Positions 49,837 to 63,910 of a stretch of DNA of 64,000 nucleotides are shown here, in pieces. The stretch spans positions 21,419,869-21,483,868 of the forward strand of contig NC_081372.1 of assembly GCF_030684315.1 (NCBI RefSeq), written 5' to 3'. The notes under the pieces are model-generated. The model ran no database searches. It saw only the letters and a program-made list of their open reading frames with translations, and was not told where the DNA came from. How positions within the stretch are numbered: position 1 is the stretch's first letter; each line of letters starts with the position of its first letter. The position numbers and the translations under genes are program-made. Origin of the DNA: Stegostoma tigrinum. Lineage: Eukaryota.

Positions 49837-51319
49837 GTAAGTTTTAATTTCATTCAGGAACTTTTTCTATGTTTTATGGAGGTACATAATATTGTTATAC
49901 ATGTCTTTTGGTCCTGAAGCCAGTTACATTTTAATTACAGAGTAATCTTATCTTTTTTGACTGTCAATAATACACTTTTTGTTAATTTGGAATAAACATA
50001 AAACAAGACAACCAACTGAGATTTAATTCAGAAATGGCGAAACTCAAGCACTTATAACCCAGCCGAGATAATTTCATTTTTCCTTTTATATATCTGAGTT
50101 ATTTGAAAAGTTCTCTCTTTGGCGCTGTTTCCTCAATGAGAGGTAAATCCTGAATTAAAACCTGAGATTCTGAAAAGCTAGTGTCCATAACGTGATAACA
50201 CTTAATGAGTGGGAAACATTTAAGTATTGGTCTAGAATTTCAGACAATGGTGTTGCTATGTTAAAACACACTTGTGAAATATCCCAAGAATCTCATTTAG
50301 AATAGATTTTGTCTTTAAAAAGCATTATTTGGGATTTGAATTGAAGGCCCAATCAATGTGTAATACTGCATTCTCTATGCCCTTATGCATGAAAGTTAAA
50401 GCTCATACACGTCAAGCTACCCTTTAAAAACATTAGGGTCATTAATTAATATTTTTAAGAGTATATGAATGAATACATTTCAGTTTTCATGCAAATTTTT
50501 CTCGTGGCTGTTAGGTCTCTCTTAGGAGAAACATCCAAACTGACTTTTCGAAGTGTAAATAAAACAAACATGATTTTAAACTTTACTCCTCTTAAACTTT
50601 CCAGTGTAAATTTACAGCCCGTTTGAATGGGGCATTTGTAAGGAAATTTGGATTTTTCCATCTTTTGCCTGATACGTGAGAACAGCATTCATGAGCAATG
50701 GGGGTTTTGCTAATTTGGTCAGCTTTATGTCAGACTGAGCTGTTGTTTTTGTGCAAATTTTAAGTAAATTCCAAGCTATGATGCAGAAATTCTGCTTGAT
50801 AGAAGCATAAGCAATTCTGATTTTGTTGGATGAACCATTAGTAAAGAATAGATGAACAATCCAATGTTTAAGGTTTGGCATCTTCCCCTGAATAAATAAC
50901 AGTAGAGGAGAAAACAATGTCACTGCATTTGCATTGATGTGCAACACTTCAGTGCATTTAGGAAGTAAAAGGATAACCCCGAGCTTTGAGCAGTCTTATT
51001 CGATCGGCCATTTCCCAATGATTTAGAAGAAAAAATGTAGCATCTAAAACAGTCTGCCAGTGCACTCTCAGATTTCACACTATAACCCAAGTAATTTCTC
51101 CCATTTCCCTTTATTTAAAAAGCTGTATTGTTTAATAGGAAAATATTCTTAATTTGATCGGGTGATGTTGAGCACTCCCAAATTCTAAAGCATTAAACAA
51201 GGCTCACAACTATTTAAAAAGTTCAATCATGAAGTATTCATTGCTATGAAGGCCATATGTATAAATTCATTTGTGAAAGGATCTGCCTTGCAGTAACATG
51301 ATTTTTTACAATTGTGAAG

Positions 51320-51815
51320 GAGGGAAGGAGTGTGGAGGCTTTGGAGAAGGTACACAACACGTTTTCCAGGATGTGGCTTGGATTGGCATGCATCAGCTGG
51401 ATTGGAGAGGTTGAACAAACTTGGATTGTTTTTGCTAGAGTTTTAGGGGATAAGGGGAAACCTGATAGAAGTATATTAAATTTTGAGAGGCATGAATAGG
51501 GTGGATAGTGGGAGATTTGAAACATCAAATGCTAAGGGGCCTAGATTTCAGGTGAAAGAAAGAAAGGCTTAATGGAGATGTGTGAGGCACATTTTTTACA
51601 CAGTGGGTGGTAGGTGCCTGGAACGCACTGCCAAAGGAGTGATAGAAGCAGATAAGGTGGCAACATTTAAGAGAGATTTAGACAGATGTATGAATAGGCT
51701 GGGAATAGATGAATACTGACCATATACAAACAGATGGAATTAGTTTAGAATGGCATTATGGTCAGCACAGACATGATTGGCCTATTCATGTGCGAGACTG
51801 TTCTATGTTGTATGT
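51320..51815 (+). mobile_element. CR1 3' relic in intron 3
   Basis: VEALEKVHNTFSRMWLGL; ttttacacagtgggtggtaggtgcctggaacgcactgcc; tail ctgttctatgttgtatgtt. Confidence 0.8.
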
Positions 51816-52811
51816 TGTTTACATTGTCAGGTCACCTGACTCCATGATTTAATTTCCACATCTAAACAGATAGAGAACAAAAAGTTCTAATATCTGCTGA
51901 TATGTTTAGGGTATATAGGATAATCTCTACGATCAGTTTAAAATGTTATAGTCAAATCAATGTTATAATCAGTTACATAAAACAGACATTTTTCTATATT
52001 ATTTGAGAAGGTCCAACCTCATTTACTGCCCCTTCTTGGAAATTTCTCTCCAGGCAGCGTGCCTAAATGGTGGTTGGTGACAATGGCTTGGGTTGGTCTA
52101 TGATTTATGTTTGGTCCAGTGTGTGAGTGGCTTGCAGTTGCTTTCAGCAGGAGACTTTATCCTTCCTCCCGTGTTGTATCAGGTGTTTTGGTCACAAATG
52201 TAGAATGGTATTCAACCTTTTTGGCCTCATTTATGAACAGTTCTTCCATGCTCATCAAGATCTAGAGTGGAGCTTGACCTGGAGCTTCTAGGTAGGAAAG
52301 CTATCACTATATCATAAACCCTCCCTTCATCAATTACACATATCATGTTTTCGAAAGCAGAATAACACTCTTCTGAAAGTATTTTTTATGGCCAGCAAAA
52401 GGGTGGAAAGGACTTTAGTTCCTGACTTGGGGATAAATGCTCATTGCCCAGCAATCCAAAAGACTTTTGCAACTAAGAGTAATTGATTCACTTCAGGTGA
52501 TACCTATGTGCTTTCTTGGGTTAACAGAGGCTTAGAGGAATATGACAAGCTAGCAATTTATCTGTTGTCCAGATCCCTTCTGCATAGCACCATGGGAAAT
52601 CACAAAGATACGTGCAATATTATGCTGTAACGATTTTGCTCAGATTGACCTAGAGACCTAATTTAGGTTTATAAATCCATAGATTAATGGCTTCACTAAG
52701 ACTGAATATTAAATAGTAGTAAAGTTATTAAATTTAATTAGTTATTCAGTTTAGTTTAATTTAGATTTAAATTGTAAAATCCACTAATCTGAGAATATTT
52801 ATGCCTCCTAG

Positions 52812-54721
52812 GTCCCAAGGCTCCAGATGTCTACGGAGAACGAATCGATCATTTGGAAGATGAAATGCGACATTTTACACTATCGTTTGAGAGACTCCAA
52901 TCCATGGTGAGTGGAATCAGTGACAGTCTCAGACAATCCATTCAGAAAGACACCAATAAAATGATTGCTTCGTGGCTGAATAATCTAAAATGTCCTGATA
53001 AAGACTTTGCATGCATAACTGAAAGCCTGAAAAATCTGAGTAAAGGATACCCACCAGCGATGGGAGACTTGGAAGGCAAGATCCCAGAGGATAAGGATGT
53101 CTTGAAAACAAACAGTGACTTGCTGCATGACGTTTATGGGATGGTGATTCGTCATGATCGCCAAATCAGCCAACTTCTGGAGGCCAGTAGACCACCTACA
53201 CCTACGGCAACTGGGGATTTTCTCAACAGCTTTATAGATGACAGGCTCACCAAGTTCCGGGCTGACCTACTTGATGGATTTGAAAACAGATTCAATGTCT
53301 TGCAAACTGTCTGTGATTACAAAGTAAACTTAATCCAGCAACAGTGTGATGAACAGAAGAACATAAATCAACACCTTGAAGGAATGATTAATGGAAGAGA
53401 ATCTGACCTAAAAAAGGAGATTAATAACTTACAAACTCAGATTGGTGGATTGACTGTAACTGAAAACTGCTGTGACAAAGTCAAGTACTTGTCAGATAAG
53501 ATCAATGCCCTGGAACGGAATCTAAAAGAAATCTCAGACTATCAAAGATCATTAACAACACGGTTTGAGAGTGAGTTGCCACAATTCCCCAGTATTCATT
53601 TCGAAAATGAGTACAGTAGTAGGCTAGATGACATTGAAGCCAAAATCAATGTCACAGAGAGGAGACTGGAAGAAAATTGTCTGTTCATAGAAAACAACAT
53701 GAAGGGACATCTTGGAACTGAGCTGGATGGTATGAAGACATTCCTACATGATAAACTAAAGGACGTTGAAGGCCGAGTTACTGTTATTGTTGAGGAGTTG
53801 AGCAACATATCTATTCCTGCCAGCCTAGAAGGAGAAGTAATCCCAAGGCTAGAAACAGAGATTTCAACAATTAAGAAGAAAACTAATGATGGCCTGGTTG
53901 ATTTGGAAGGAAGACTAGAAGTTTTGGAGAATCTGTGTCCTGTTGGTTGTACCTCAATTATTAGTGACATTGAAATTCTAAGAACAGAAATTGATGATTG
54001 CCACAGAAACTGCCAAGATATTGTGACAAAACTAGATAAGAATTCTGGTCTACTTAACAAACTTAACTACTCCATGTTTGAAATAAACAGAAAAATTAAA
54101 GAGGAAGAAGAATCCAGTGCCGTGCAGGGAGAAATTACTTTACTAAAGATCAACATCAACTCCGTGAACAAGACCCTAAAAGGGATCAAAGACACTGTCA
54201 GCAAATATGCTGATGACTTTGCGTTTGCCAATTCAACGTGGGATGAACACGAGCGCAAAATGACAGATGAAGTCCATCTGATCCAACAGATAGTGAACAG
54301 CCAAGGTTCTCAGCTCCTTTTTAATGACAAGCGAGTCCATGAGCTCAAAGGTGATCTGGAACGAATTAACCATCGGATAATGTCAGATCTCCATAACTGC
54401 AAACACATCGCTCAAGATATCCAGAAGGAAGTGTCACAGGTTGACAGACGAGTGGCTCAGATGGAAAGTGTGTGCAGCAAACTAAGTGCAGTATTAAACA
54501 GTCTGGATTATATTAAGGATGGTTTGGATAATCATGCTGGAGATCTGTGGAATTACTTAGACCGCATGAATTTAACTCTCATGGTACACAATCAAGACAT
54601 CACTGCTCTGAGAGATTCAGTCAATGAGTGCCATACGAGAATAACGGGCATCGGAAATCAAGCATTAGATGGTAAGCAGCAACAACACTACTTTCACTAC
54701 AGTTTTACAAATCGGATGTAA
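52812..54721 (+). CDS. EMILIN3: EMILIN-3 exon 4 (long coiled coil); ends at stop 54719-21 or at splice donor after 54671
   Basis: Acceptor gcctcctag; GPKAPDVYGERIDHLEDEMR, then more than 600 open codons with heptad character, spaced Cys and GEITLLKININSVN. The track's TTG start is not real. Exons 1-4 give 792 aa with read-through. Confidence 0.93.
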
Positions 54722-54794
54722 AATAGCTAGGTCAAACTTACAGGATTTCTTCAAAATTCCTAATCATAACCCAATATTCATACTAATGTAATGA

Positions 54795-54800
54795 AATAAA
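54795..54800 (+). promoter_or_regulatory. Candidate proximal polyadenylation signal AATAAA
   Basis: About 74 nt after the read-through stop. The hexamer is common in AT-rich DNA, so it is weak alone. Confidence 0.35.
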
Positions 54801-55079
54801 TTTGCACAATAGTGAAAAAGCATAGAGACAATTTCCCATTATACACACCATTTATTCTATACATCTACTGTGGAGCAGTAATCCAAAGAAAAGGGTTTAG
54901 ACAGTTTCACAAACTGCAAAGATGAAATGCAATTTGTTTAATCATCTGCTGAATCCAGTAATTGGATGACTACCTTTACAGCAAGTTACAAAGATCTGGT
55001 TCTGAAACAAAATCATTACTTCCTTTAAACTTTGCTGAGGTTGGGACTTGAGGCGAGTGGAAGAGATTCAGTTTCTCTA

Positions 55080-55352
55080 TAAAAGTAAGATAAGTAATAG
55101 TTTCAGGAGAAAGGTCAGCCATTTAGGACTGAGTTGAGACATTTCTTTATTCAGATAATCCTGAACCTTCTGAATTTTATAGCCCAGAGGACCAGGGATG
55201 CTTTGTCTTTTGAGTATAACTTTAGGTTTTCAAAGAATATGGGAATAGAACCAAAAAGTGGAGTCGAAATAGGGGCTCAGCTATGATCTTTATTGGACAG
55301 CAAAGCAGACTTTCAGGCCATTGTACCTCCTTTATTCTTACTTATTTTCTTA
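55080..55352 (+). mobile_element. Degenerate CR1 3' relic
   Basis: aaaggtcagccatttaggactgagttgag...cagctatgatctttattgg...cctccttattcttac. Confidence 0.55.
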
Positions 55353-56846
55353 TGAATGCTCAAAGAGACAGACTGAAATTTTAATTTTAAAAGCAAAGCA
55401 ATACTTAGTAAATAAAAGAAAGGAAATGAATCCACTGTGTATCATCATATATGGTATTATGCAAGCAAACACGATGGTTGTGATGACTTTAGACTGCCAA
55501 ATTCACATACCTATATAATACAAAATGGAAAAGTGCAAGTTTACAGTTCAACTACCGCATATTCAGCCAATGTTGTCTGTGTCAACATTTTGCTAGATCA
55601 GTTCTGAACAAATTCTACAGCTCTGCTGTCTCCCTGTATCTTTTTCTGATTCAGTTATTAATGCACTTTCCTCTTAAAGGATACACATGGTCAACCACTT
55701 CCTGGGGTGCATCCTAAAAACTGTGTAAACAAATTCTTCCAACTTATCATTCCCTGTCAACATTGTAAATTAATTAGCTCAGATCATTAACTCACTAACC
55801 AAAGGAAATAGGCTTTCCTGTAATCTCACTCCCTCATCAAAACCTTTCATAATCTTTACCATCTCTTAATTTTTTTTAGGCTTTTCTCATGGAAATGGTC
55901 TTTGTAACTTGAGTTCAGTCAAACCATCAATATTCATGAAGGAAACAAACTTTTTCCAGTTATAAACACTTCAGTATCCAAGAACAGAAATCCAAATATT
56001 CTTCAGTTCATTTAAAACTGTTAAAATTACCCCCTGTGCAACACTAATTGCTTACCTAAAAGTATTGAAATTATCCAAATACTGTACAACTATCAACATC
56101 CCATTACTGAGTGCTAGACCATAATTAACAATTTCACATTGTACAGTTATCCTGGGTTACCGTAAAATGGTTACATCTCGTGCTCCAAACTGAGTTAAAA
56201 TTTAATTTTAATTATATGAACTATTTATGCACCACCAACAGGAGACCTCAATATCAACAATATTGGATTATCACTTACTTCACAGAAACAGGAACCTTTC
56301 TCATTTCTGTTATAGACATATTAATGCAACAGTAAAGGATCACGAACAAAGAAATGCTAACTCCACCTCACTTAATACTTATAAACACAAAATTAGAGCA
56401 ATTGCAATTATCATAAAATTCCAACAGTCAACTCACTAACACACACCAAGGAGAATTGAAACTTGCCAACAATACCTGTTTGTTGCCCACACATGGAGCA
56501 TTCTGTAGATTATTAATGATGCCTAGCAGCTCAGAGGCTGAGCTCATGTACACCACATCAGCTCAGTTCATGCTGTCTGAATGGTTTTTCATAGAAAATA
56601 ATACGTTGAAGGGCACAGGCACATAACTTTACAATGTGGTAAAAAGTTAAAACAAACAACGTATTCCTGTGTACTTTTATATAGCATGCAGGAAGAAAAT
56701 GGAAAAAAGAAAAGGATTATTGAAATCTGTTATGAATTGAACTGCAGAAGATATTATTGCTCCAACACTTCAAGCTATGTGATGATTTCAGACGTACAGT
56801 TAGGGGAGCAGAGATGTTTATCTTGACCATCTGCCACGACTTTCAG

Positions 56847-56918
56847 TGTTATACATTGCTTTGAACAGACCTCCAACTCGCCCCAACAAGTCAGTAGTGG
56901 TTTCAAGGATGCCATTAG
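56847..56918 (+). CDS. Candidate 72-bp linker exon of EMILIN3 (V/LYIALNRPPTRPNKSVVVSRMPL)
   Basis: actttcag| ... TTAG|gttagc; phase 1-1, stop-free, fits between exon 4 and the collagen exon. Splice signals are moderate. Confidence 0.3.
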
Positions 56919-58914
56919 GTTAGCACCAGCTGTTTCAAAAACTTAATATGTGTAAAAATTAATTGGATTTGTGTTTAAACTTCATGCATGATAACCTGAG
57001 GCTACATGGTGTGTACCAGTTTAACTTGAGGAAAGAAACTCTATACACTCCTCCAGCAGTGACCTCTCACGCTTCAAAGATTTTCCTTCAGGTTTAAATA
57101 AAAGAAACAAATGGGCAAGATAGTAATTAACGTCCACAAATACTAACCTTACTTAGACTTCAAAACATTTTTTTACATGCTTTCACACAGGCTGTAGTGA
57201 ATGTATGGATGACTTAAGACCTAACCTTGCTATTTAGAGATGTTTAGTATGACGTGCAACCAATAAATAACAAAAGATGTAAAAATTTTACAGTTATATC
57301 AAATGCAGATCTGTTCAAAATCTGACATTCAGGTTTTTTTTTGGTGAGCGCATGTTAATTCAGTTCACACAAAGTAAAAGGGCCTGTATTTTGAGGTTCC
57401 CCTGATGACTCCAAATATTAAGCAGTCCTTGCAACATGCTGCCCCCAACTGTCAACTGCCGGCGGAAAAATTGTTTCTCTCTAATATTCACTGTTCAAAG
57501 ACATTGTTTCAGGAATGTTTCATAACACCTCAGAGTCTGAGATGTTTCAACTTGCTTAATCAGATTCAAGTAGTAGTACTTTATGGAGAAGAAATATACA
57601 GTATGTCAGCATCACCTATTGATGAACGATCTGGAGCTTTCAATGTTAAATGTGTGTAAAGCTGCTGTTAATGGCACCTCCTGCTTCCCACATTCATCAA
57701 ACTACTTTCTACACAATTCCTTTTTTTAACACAATTGTACAAATTTCTAATAGCGTGGTTCAGTCTCCAACATCTTCACTAATTAACTATTTAGATATTG
57801 AAGAAACAATAGTGGAAGACAGTGCTTCCTGGAGCCTGAGATTTAGAAATTTCCTTTGTGGGCTTGATTACCAAACTAAAGATTCAGTCTTTCATTTTCA
57901 TTTAAAATAAATACTGGATCTTAGATCCCATCTAAATATGTGTCTACTTGCCCACTTTGGTTCTGCTTTCGATATACCTCTGCTCTTCTATCAGATGACA
58001 GCATACAAAATAAATAATTAATCTTTGTGCGAATTTTAAAACGCACCTTGTAGTAAAATGAAAACAGCGAGAAAATGGATTATTGAGTGAAAGGTAGCTC
58101 TTGATATGGAAAGTTGACTAGTCGATGATCAGGGAAGGGGAAAAGTGCAGAATTTTTTTTTCCCAGCTTTCTTCAATATCAATACACATGGCTCAAATTT
58201 TTCAAGGTATACCCAAGTGTGAACTGTATGGTTCAGGAAGCTGAAACTTTCCCAGGGTTTCAACAAAGGTGATCATAGTGGCCCAACAAATAGTATTTCT
58301 TGCTCTCGGAAATCCGGAAGAAAATCAGCCAATTTTGTGGCTGAGCAGACTTGACTTAATTGCTGTGTGTTTCTTATAAAAATTCTTGGTCTTCTACAAT
58401 AAATCTGATTATAACAAAGTATATTTATAAACTGAAAATAAATTATTACATGGGACACTAGTGTACTGAAACAAGCTGTTTACTGTTTTCTGGTACATAT
58501 ACTTTATTTTAAAATGTTGCAGTTAAGCTTGCCAAGCCAGCTGTTTGTCATTCATAGGTCCTTGTTGGAAGCAAATTGTTCTATAATTTCAGTATGTCTG
58601 CTATGTGACAATCTCACCAAATTCATATAATTTTAATGAGAAGATTGAGGTCCGTTACTTTAATTTTAAAAATTAGCTATTGACTGTACTAGCTGCGTCT
58701 CCCTTAAAAGCAGTGAATAATACCACTGTTTAGCCTATAAAGGTTAAAAAAATGTTTCATTATTTACAGGGTGTCCTACTATACTGATCAGTAGAAATAT
58801 ACGGCACAGTCTCTGGAACAGGTTCCAAAGTTTTTTTTCTGAACAGGGCTACTTTGTGTTTATTTGTTTTGAAATCAGCTCCATTTCAACCATATGTCAT
58901 GATCCGATTAAAAG

Positions 58915-59298
58915 AACTTGGATCATTATAGCACCTTCTCATGTCCTCAGGATGCCCAAATTGATTTACAGCCAGTTAATTACTTTTGAACTGTAGCCAC
59001 TGTTGCTTCGTGGTTAAACAATGCCATCAATTTCCACACAGTAAGGTACTCAAACTATAAGGTGAATAAACGATCAGAGGATGTTCAGTTTTTTTCATTT
59101 CCTTGGTTCAAGGAGGAGTTTCGGGCACTCCGTTTAGCAGTAATAGAGGATCATTAACATGAGAGTGGGCCTTGGTTTAAATCTTATCTAAAAGTTAGTG
59201 ACTGGAAAAATGCAATTACCTACTCAAAGCCATTCCTGTTTTCAGCCTACATTCTGTTCTGATTGTGCAGTAGTATTCGAATCCACAACTTCTGACTC
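58915..59298 (-). mobile_element. DeuSINE (SacSINE1-like) relic
   Basis: Minus strand has a tRNA-like head gagtcagaagttgtggattcgaat, a Deu-like segment ttttagataagatttaaaccaaggccc and an L2-type tail ttgggcatcctgagg...aaggtgctata. Confidence 0.55.
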
Positions 59299-60309
59299 CT
59301 ACAGATTCACGTTTTAGGTACAGAAACTGCAGCTCTCAAGTTTCATGACAAGGACAATGCAGTGATTTGAATTCAAAGGGGTGATTCATCACTCTGAAAA
59401 CAAATGTTAAGAATGTGGATTTAGATTCAGCCAACCGTGCTATGTACATGTGCTCAAATTTCTCTCCTTCCTAACAATAGAAGCTTTATTGCACTAATAT
59501 TGGAGCACTTGGGATATTTAACATCTTGTATATCACCTCAGAGCTTCTATTACAGTGAGCAGTCAATGCTGGTTCAAGTACTTACATTTCTGTTTCTGGA
59601 ACAAAAGCTATACTCTGATGTTGAGGACTAACTGAGGTCAGTGGGAATATTAAAGTGTAATTCTAATTATAGAAATAATGATAACCTAAAAACAACACAA
59701 CAGAATAAATTGCTGAAATATTTTTGATAAACAAAAGAACTTCAAATCAATTCAAGTGAGCAAAAGCCACATATTAGTATTCTATTAACTGCATCTGCTT
59801 ATAAAGTCTGCTGTCAGTCACATAAAGACAATCTACTAATTTAGGACCTTCGCAAAACCACTTTGATTTGATCTCTAAGAAACAATTACATTAAGTATGC
59901 TATTCAAAATTTATGAAACATCTCACTTTGAACAGTGGGCGAGGAGAGAGAAATGAATGAGTTACTCGGGGCTGAATTTTCATTTTCAACTCCATCCTGC
60001 CATTGGAAGGAAACTTGGGTGGGTTGGGATTCCACAAATGCCAGCACTTGGGACAGTGTTTGAGGAGGCATCCAATCAATTTTCCACCTCTGGGAGCTCT
60101 GTCCAATTAAATAAATCCAATAGAAGGCCCTCCACCAGCGAGGGATCAGAAGCCCACAATCAGAAAGGCCCTGCTTGCTTACACAGCAGTAACTGTCCAC
60201 AGTGGGTAATTTAGTGAGCTGGATCACCTACCACTGATGTGTGGGTATCCTTCAGCCAAATTATATATATAGTTGAGGTGTAGCAAAAGGCTAGAGAGGA
60301 GGAATTAGA

Positions 60310-61790
60310 AAGAAAATGGTTGAACTTTAAGGTGCTAAGTTAGCAGAACAGTCGAGAGGCATCTGAAGTTACTGAGGGAAGCAGGGGTAGAAACTGAGGT
60401 GACACTGGGCACAATCTGCTAATGCTCCCCTTACAGGGGTTGTGCCAGAGGACTGGAGCCTTGCACCTTTGTTCAAAAATAATGCAAGGCTAAACCTAGG
60501 AACATACCAATGGTTTAATCTCATTGGTAGGAAAGCTTTTAGAAGTAGGCATTTTGTCCCAGATTTACTGTCACCTGGAGAAATGTGGATTAATTAAGAA
60601 AATTCAGCACAGGGCAAATCATGTTTAACTAACTTGATTGAATTGTTTGATGAGTTATCAGAGGTTTGAAGTGGTAATGCTGTTCATGTAGTTTTCCGAA
60701 AGATATTGGATACAGTAGCATATAACAAACTGGTCAGCAAATTTTAAACCCATGGATAAAAAGTACAGTGCCAGCACAACACAGATACCCAGCCGGTTGA
60801 GTGTCAAATGACAGAGTCTAATGGCAAACGGTTGTTTTTCAGACTGGAAAAGTTTATACAGTTAGTTTCCCTCAGTACTGCTTTTCTCAATCTGTGTTAA
60901 TAACCTAATCTTGGGCATGGAGGATGCAAATTCAGAATTTGAAGATGAGAAACTTGGAAATGTTTTGAGAGATGGATATGGATTGACTTCAAGAAGACAT
61001 ACCTTGGCGGAGTGAGAAAGCATGTGACAGATGAAGGTCATGGCAAGAAATGTGAAGTCATGCACGTTGGCAGGAACAGTGAAGAAAAGGAATAGGAAAT
61101 TATTGATATGATTTTTGTGGGAGTGCAGGAGCAAAGTAATCTGGGGTGCACGTGCACAGATCATTGACAGTAGCAGGACAGATTGAGAAAGTAGTTAATA
61201 TGCCGAGGAGGTCCTGGGTTTTATAAGTGGAGACATGGAATACAAAAGCAAGGAAGTTATGTGAACTTTTATAAAATATTCCATCTGCCTCAGCTGGCAT
61301 ATTTTGCTAAGCTCTGAATACCACACTTCAGGAAGAATGTGACAGCATAATGGTGAGGACATAAGAAAAATTGCAGAACCTTTGCAGGCGTGAGGGAATT
61401 CTGTTTCGTTATTAGATTGACAATTTGGAACTCCCCAAAGAAGACTCAGAAGAGATTAGATAAGTGAGGAGTCTCCACAAAGTAAATGGGAAGAAACTAT
61501 TTCCGTCAACAGAAAGATTAAGAATCAGCGGACATCCAACTTGCAGGTAAAAAACCTGGGAAAAACATATTAACTTGTGAGTGGTTAGAATCTCAAATGC
61601 GTGGTTTGAGGGTATGGTGGAGGCAACTTAAAGCATTGTTTTCAAAAGGGCATTGTATCTCCATTTAAAGAGAAAAGATTTGCAAATGGGAAGGATTTGG
61701 AGAGGGATTACTGAGTTGCTGTCAAAGAGCTGGCAATGACATGAAGGGCTGAATAACATTTTCATGTTGTAACTGTTATATAATGTTATG
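60310..61790 (+). mobile_element. Old degenerate CR1 ORF2 fragment
   Basis: agggcaaatcatgtttaactaacttgattgaattgtttgatgag (GKSCLTNLIELFDE); tail gaagggctgaataacattttcatgttgtaac. Confidence 0.75.
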
Positions 61791-63874
61791 GATCCTTTCA
61801 TGATATGGTGCTTATTCCAAGATTGAAAAGATCCAAACCACAAGTTACATTAGAGGTCCTGTGTTACGGTGCTTTCATATGACAACAGCATATTTGTAAT
61901 ATGATGCCCTTTAAAAATGTCTGCCATGTTATATTGGACATGTTCACTTTGACGACTAGTTGTTCACAAATCATGAAGTTTTATAATTCAGCATTGGCAT
62001 TCTTTAATTGAATTATAGACTATAGGAATTCATTCTGTATCTTTATTTACACTTCGCAGTCCTCACGCAACTTCTATTAAAGATGACGTACACTATCATA
62101 ATGGCTTTATAAAAAAATTATGAAGATTAGATCTTGCCAATGTATTCAGTGTAGTTATTTAATTTTAGGGAATCTGCTTTAATTCACATAACAGATTAAA
62201 CCTATTTAGGATCACATCAGAAATACTGGATTTAATTTGTCTTGTAAATTTGCTGATAACTGTACATTATGCTTATTTTTACAGACCATTATTTAGACCA
62301 TCAAACACAGAGACAACAATAATCAGTAGAACATTTGTTCATCTGGATGATTTTGAGTGTTTAGTGGGGAATATGTAACACTAGAACTTACTTTAATATT
62401 TACTTTAAAGACCTAATTCGGCAGTAAATTGCAATTGGTTACTATGTAGATTTAAAGCAAGAAAGAGCTATTTCACATAGGTCAATGTGTTAAAACTGCT
62501 TTGTTTTCTATACAGGAGCTTGTAAAGTCAAATTTGAATAAAGTTGTGAAATTTCACAGAATAGTGGAGCAGAGAAGGAGACCTTTCTTCCCCTTGTCTA
62601 TGCTAGTTCTTTGAACTAATTATGGAATATTTTTGAAAGACTGACAAATTATTTAAAAAGCGGAAAGAATTAGAGAACTCATTTTTAGGTTTAAATTGTT
62701 CAAAATGGGTAACTAGGGAATCAGCTGGTGGTTTTCAGATCCTATTATATTCCACATTTGTTCAATTATATAATCCAATTCTGTACTTTGGCAGTGATTT
62801 TTAAAGGATTTCAGATAGGAAAAAATATCCAAACTATATGAATTCATCAGTAAATCCATGATCACAGTTTGTCTGATAGAGATTAATTAGATTCCAGAGA
62901 CTCCCACAGCATACACTGTGTCAAGCATATGAAGCAACACTGTGCGCCAACAAAGACAGAGCACTGGGGTAATAACAATACAGGCATTGTTGCAGAACAA
63001 ACACATTCTGCACACAAGTTCAGCGATAAAAACAAGTTTATGCATATTAGGTTAAAGGTCTGGTTTTATTTAAATCCCAGATAGTTAGCAAGGTTAATTC
63101 CTTGTTTTGAATTGTTGTATCAAGTTCATATTTTCTCTTACTAAAAAGTAAGAAAATTATCTCAATTCTAATTGTCATCTTCCCCGAGATTGTCTGGTGT
63201 TCCTGGATTAGAAAGGTCACTTAGTCTCCCGAAATCACCAAGTGACCCATTTTGCATTATCTGGTTCGTAATTCCACATTAACATGCTGATTAAGGTTCA
63301 CTTACATTCGCTGCAGCACTACTGCAGAGTGCACACACACATTGTAATTGAAGTTCCAGCGCACTGTGGCTTCACTGCCAGCAGCACCACAGGTAGTTGC
63401 CTGCAGCAGTGATCAACATTTAGGATGCCTACTGATTTTCACTCCACTCATAACCCCTCATGCTTCACTTGTCACCTCAATCACCTCCCACTCACTGCTC
63501 CTTTAGTCAACTGTCTCACTGCCCCACTCGCAACATTTGAGCCCTCGTCAGCAGGAAGAGAGTGGAAGCAGAACAGTAAAAGCTGCTGCAAATAGAGGCA
63601 GTAACCATGAGCGTCAATGGTGATGACAGCAGCATCCAATTCTTGTTTCAGTGCAGTGGAAGAGATCGTGTTAATGGTATAATGTTTTCATGTGGAATAA
63701 CAAACTAAAAGTGTTCTTGATACCTGTCTAATATATTTGTCAAAAAAAATTACTTCCATATTTAGACAAAGCTCCTTGTGAAATTGAAAGTGCCAATATA
63801 AAAACGGATGGAATCAAATAGTGCGCAAGAGCGGCAGATTTTCAAAACCCTAATAGTGTCATTTTGAATTGCAG

Positions 63875-63910
63875 GTCCACAAGGACCTGTTGGCCCTCCT
63901 GGATCATCAG
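63875..63910 (+). CDS. EMILIN3: Candidate EMILIN3 collagen (Gly-X-Y) micro-exon: GPQGPVGPPGSSG
   Basis: Acceptor attttgaattgcag; 36 nt (4 x 9) encoding uninterrupted Gly-X-Y; donor CAG|gtaaaa; phase 1-1, in frame with the exon 4 donor GATG|gtaagc. Confidence 0.72.

Noticed and set aside
52853-54721. Stand-alone 622-aa ORF with TTG start
   Set aside because: It is an internal exon; the reading begins at the acceptor at 52812 and joins exons 1-3.
58770-62545. Other acceptor-like sites in EMILIN3 intron 4 (about 58770, 62285, 62516)
   Set aside because: In the required phase they reach stops without a convincing donor and show no collagen or gC1q character.
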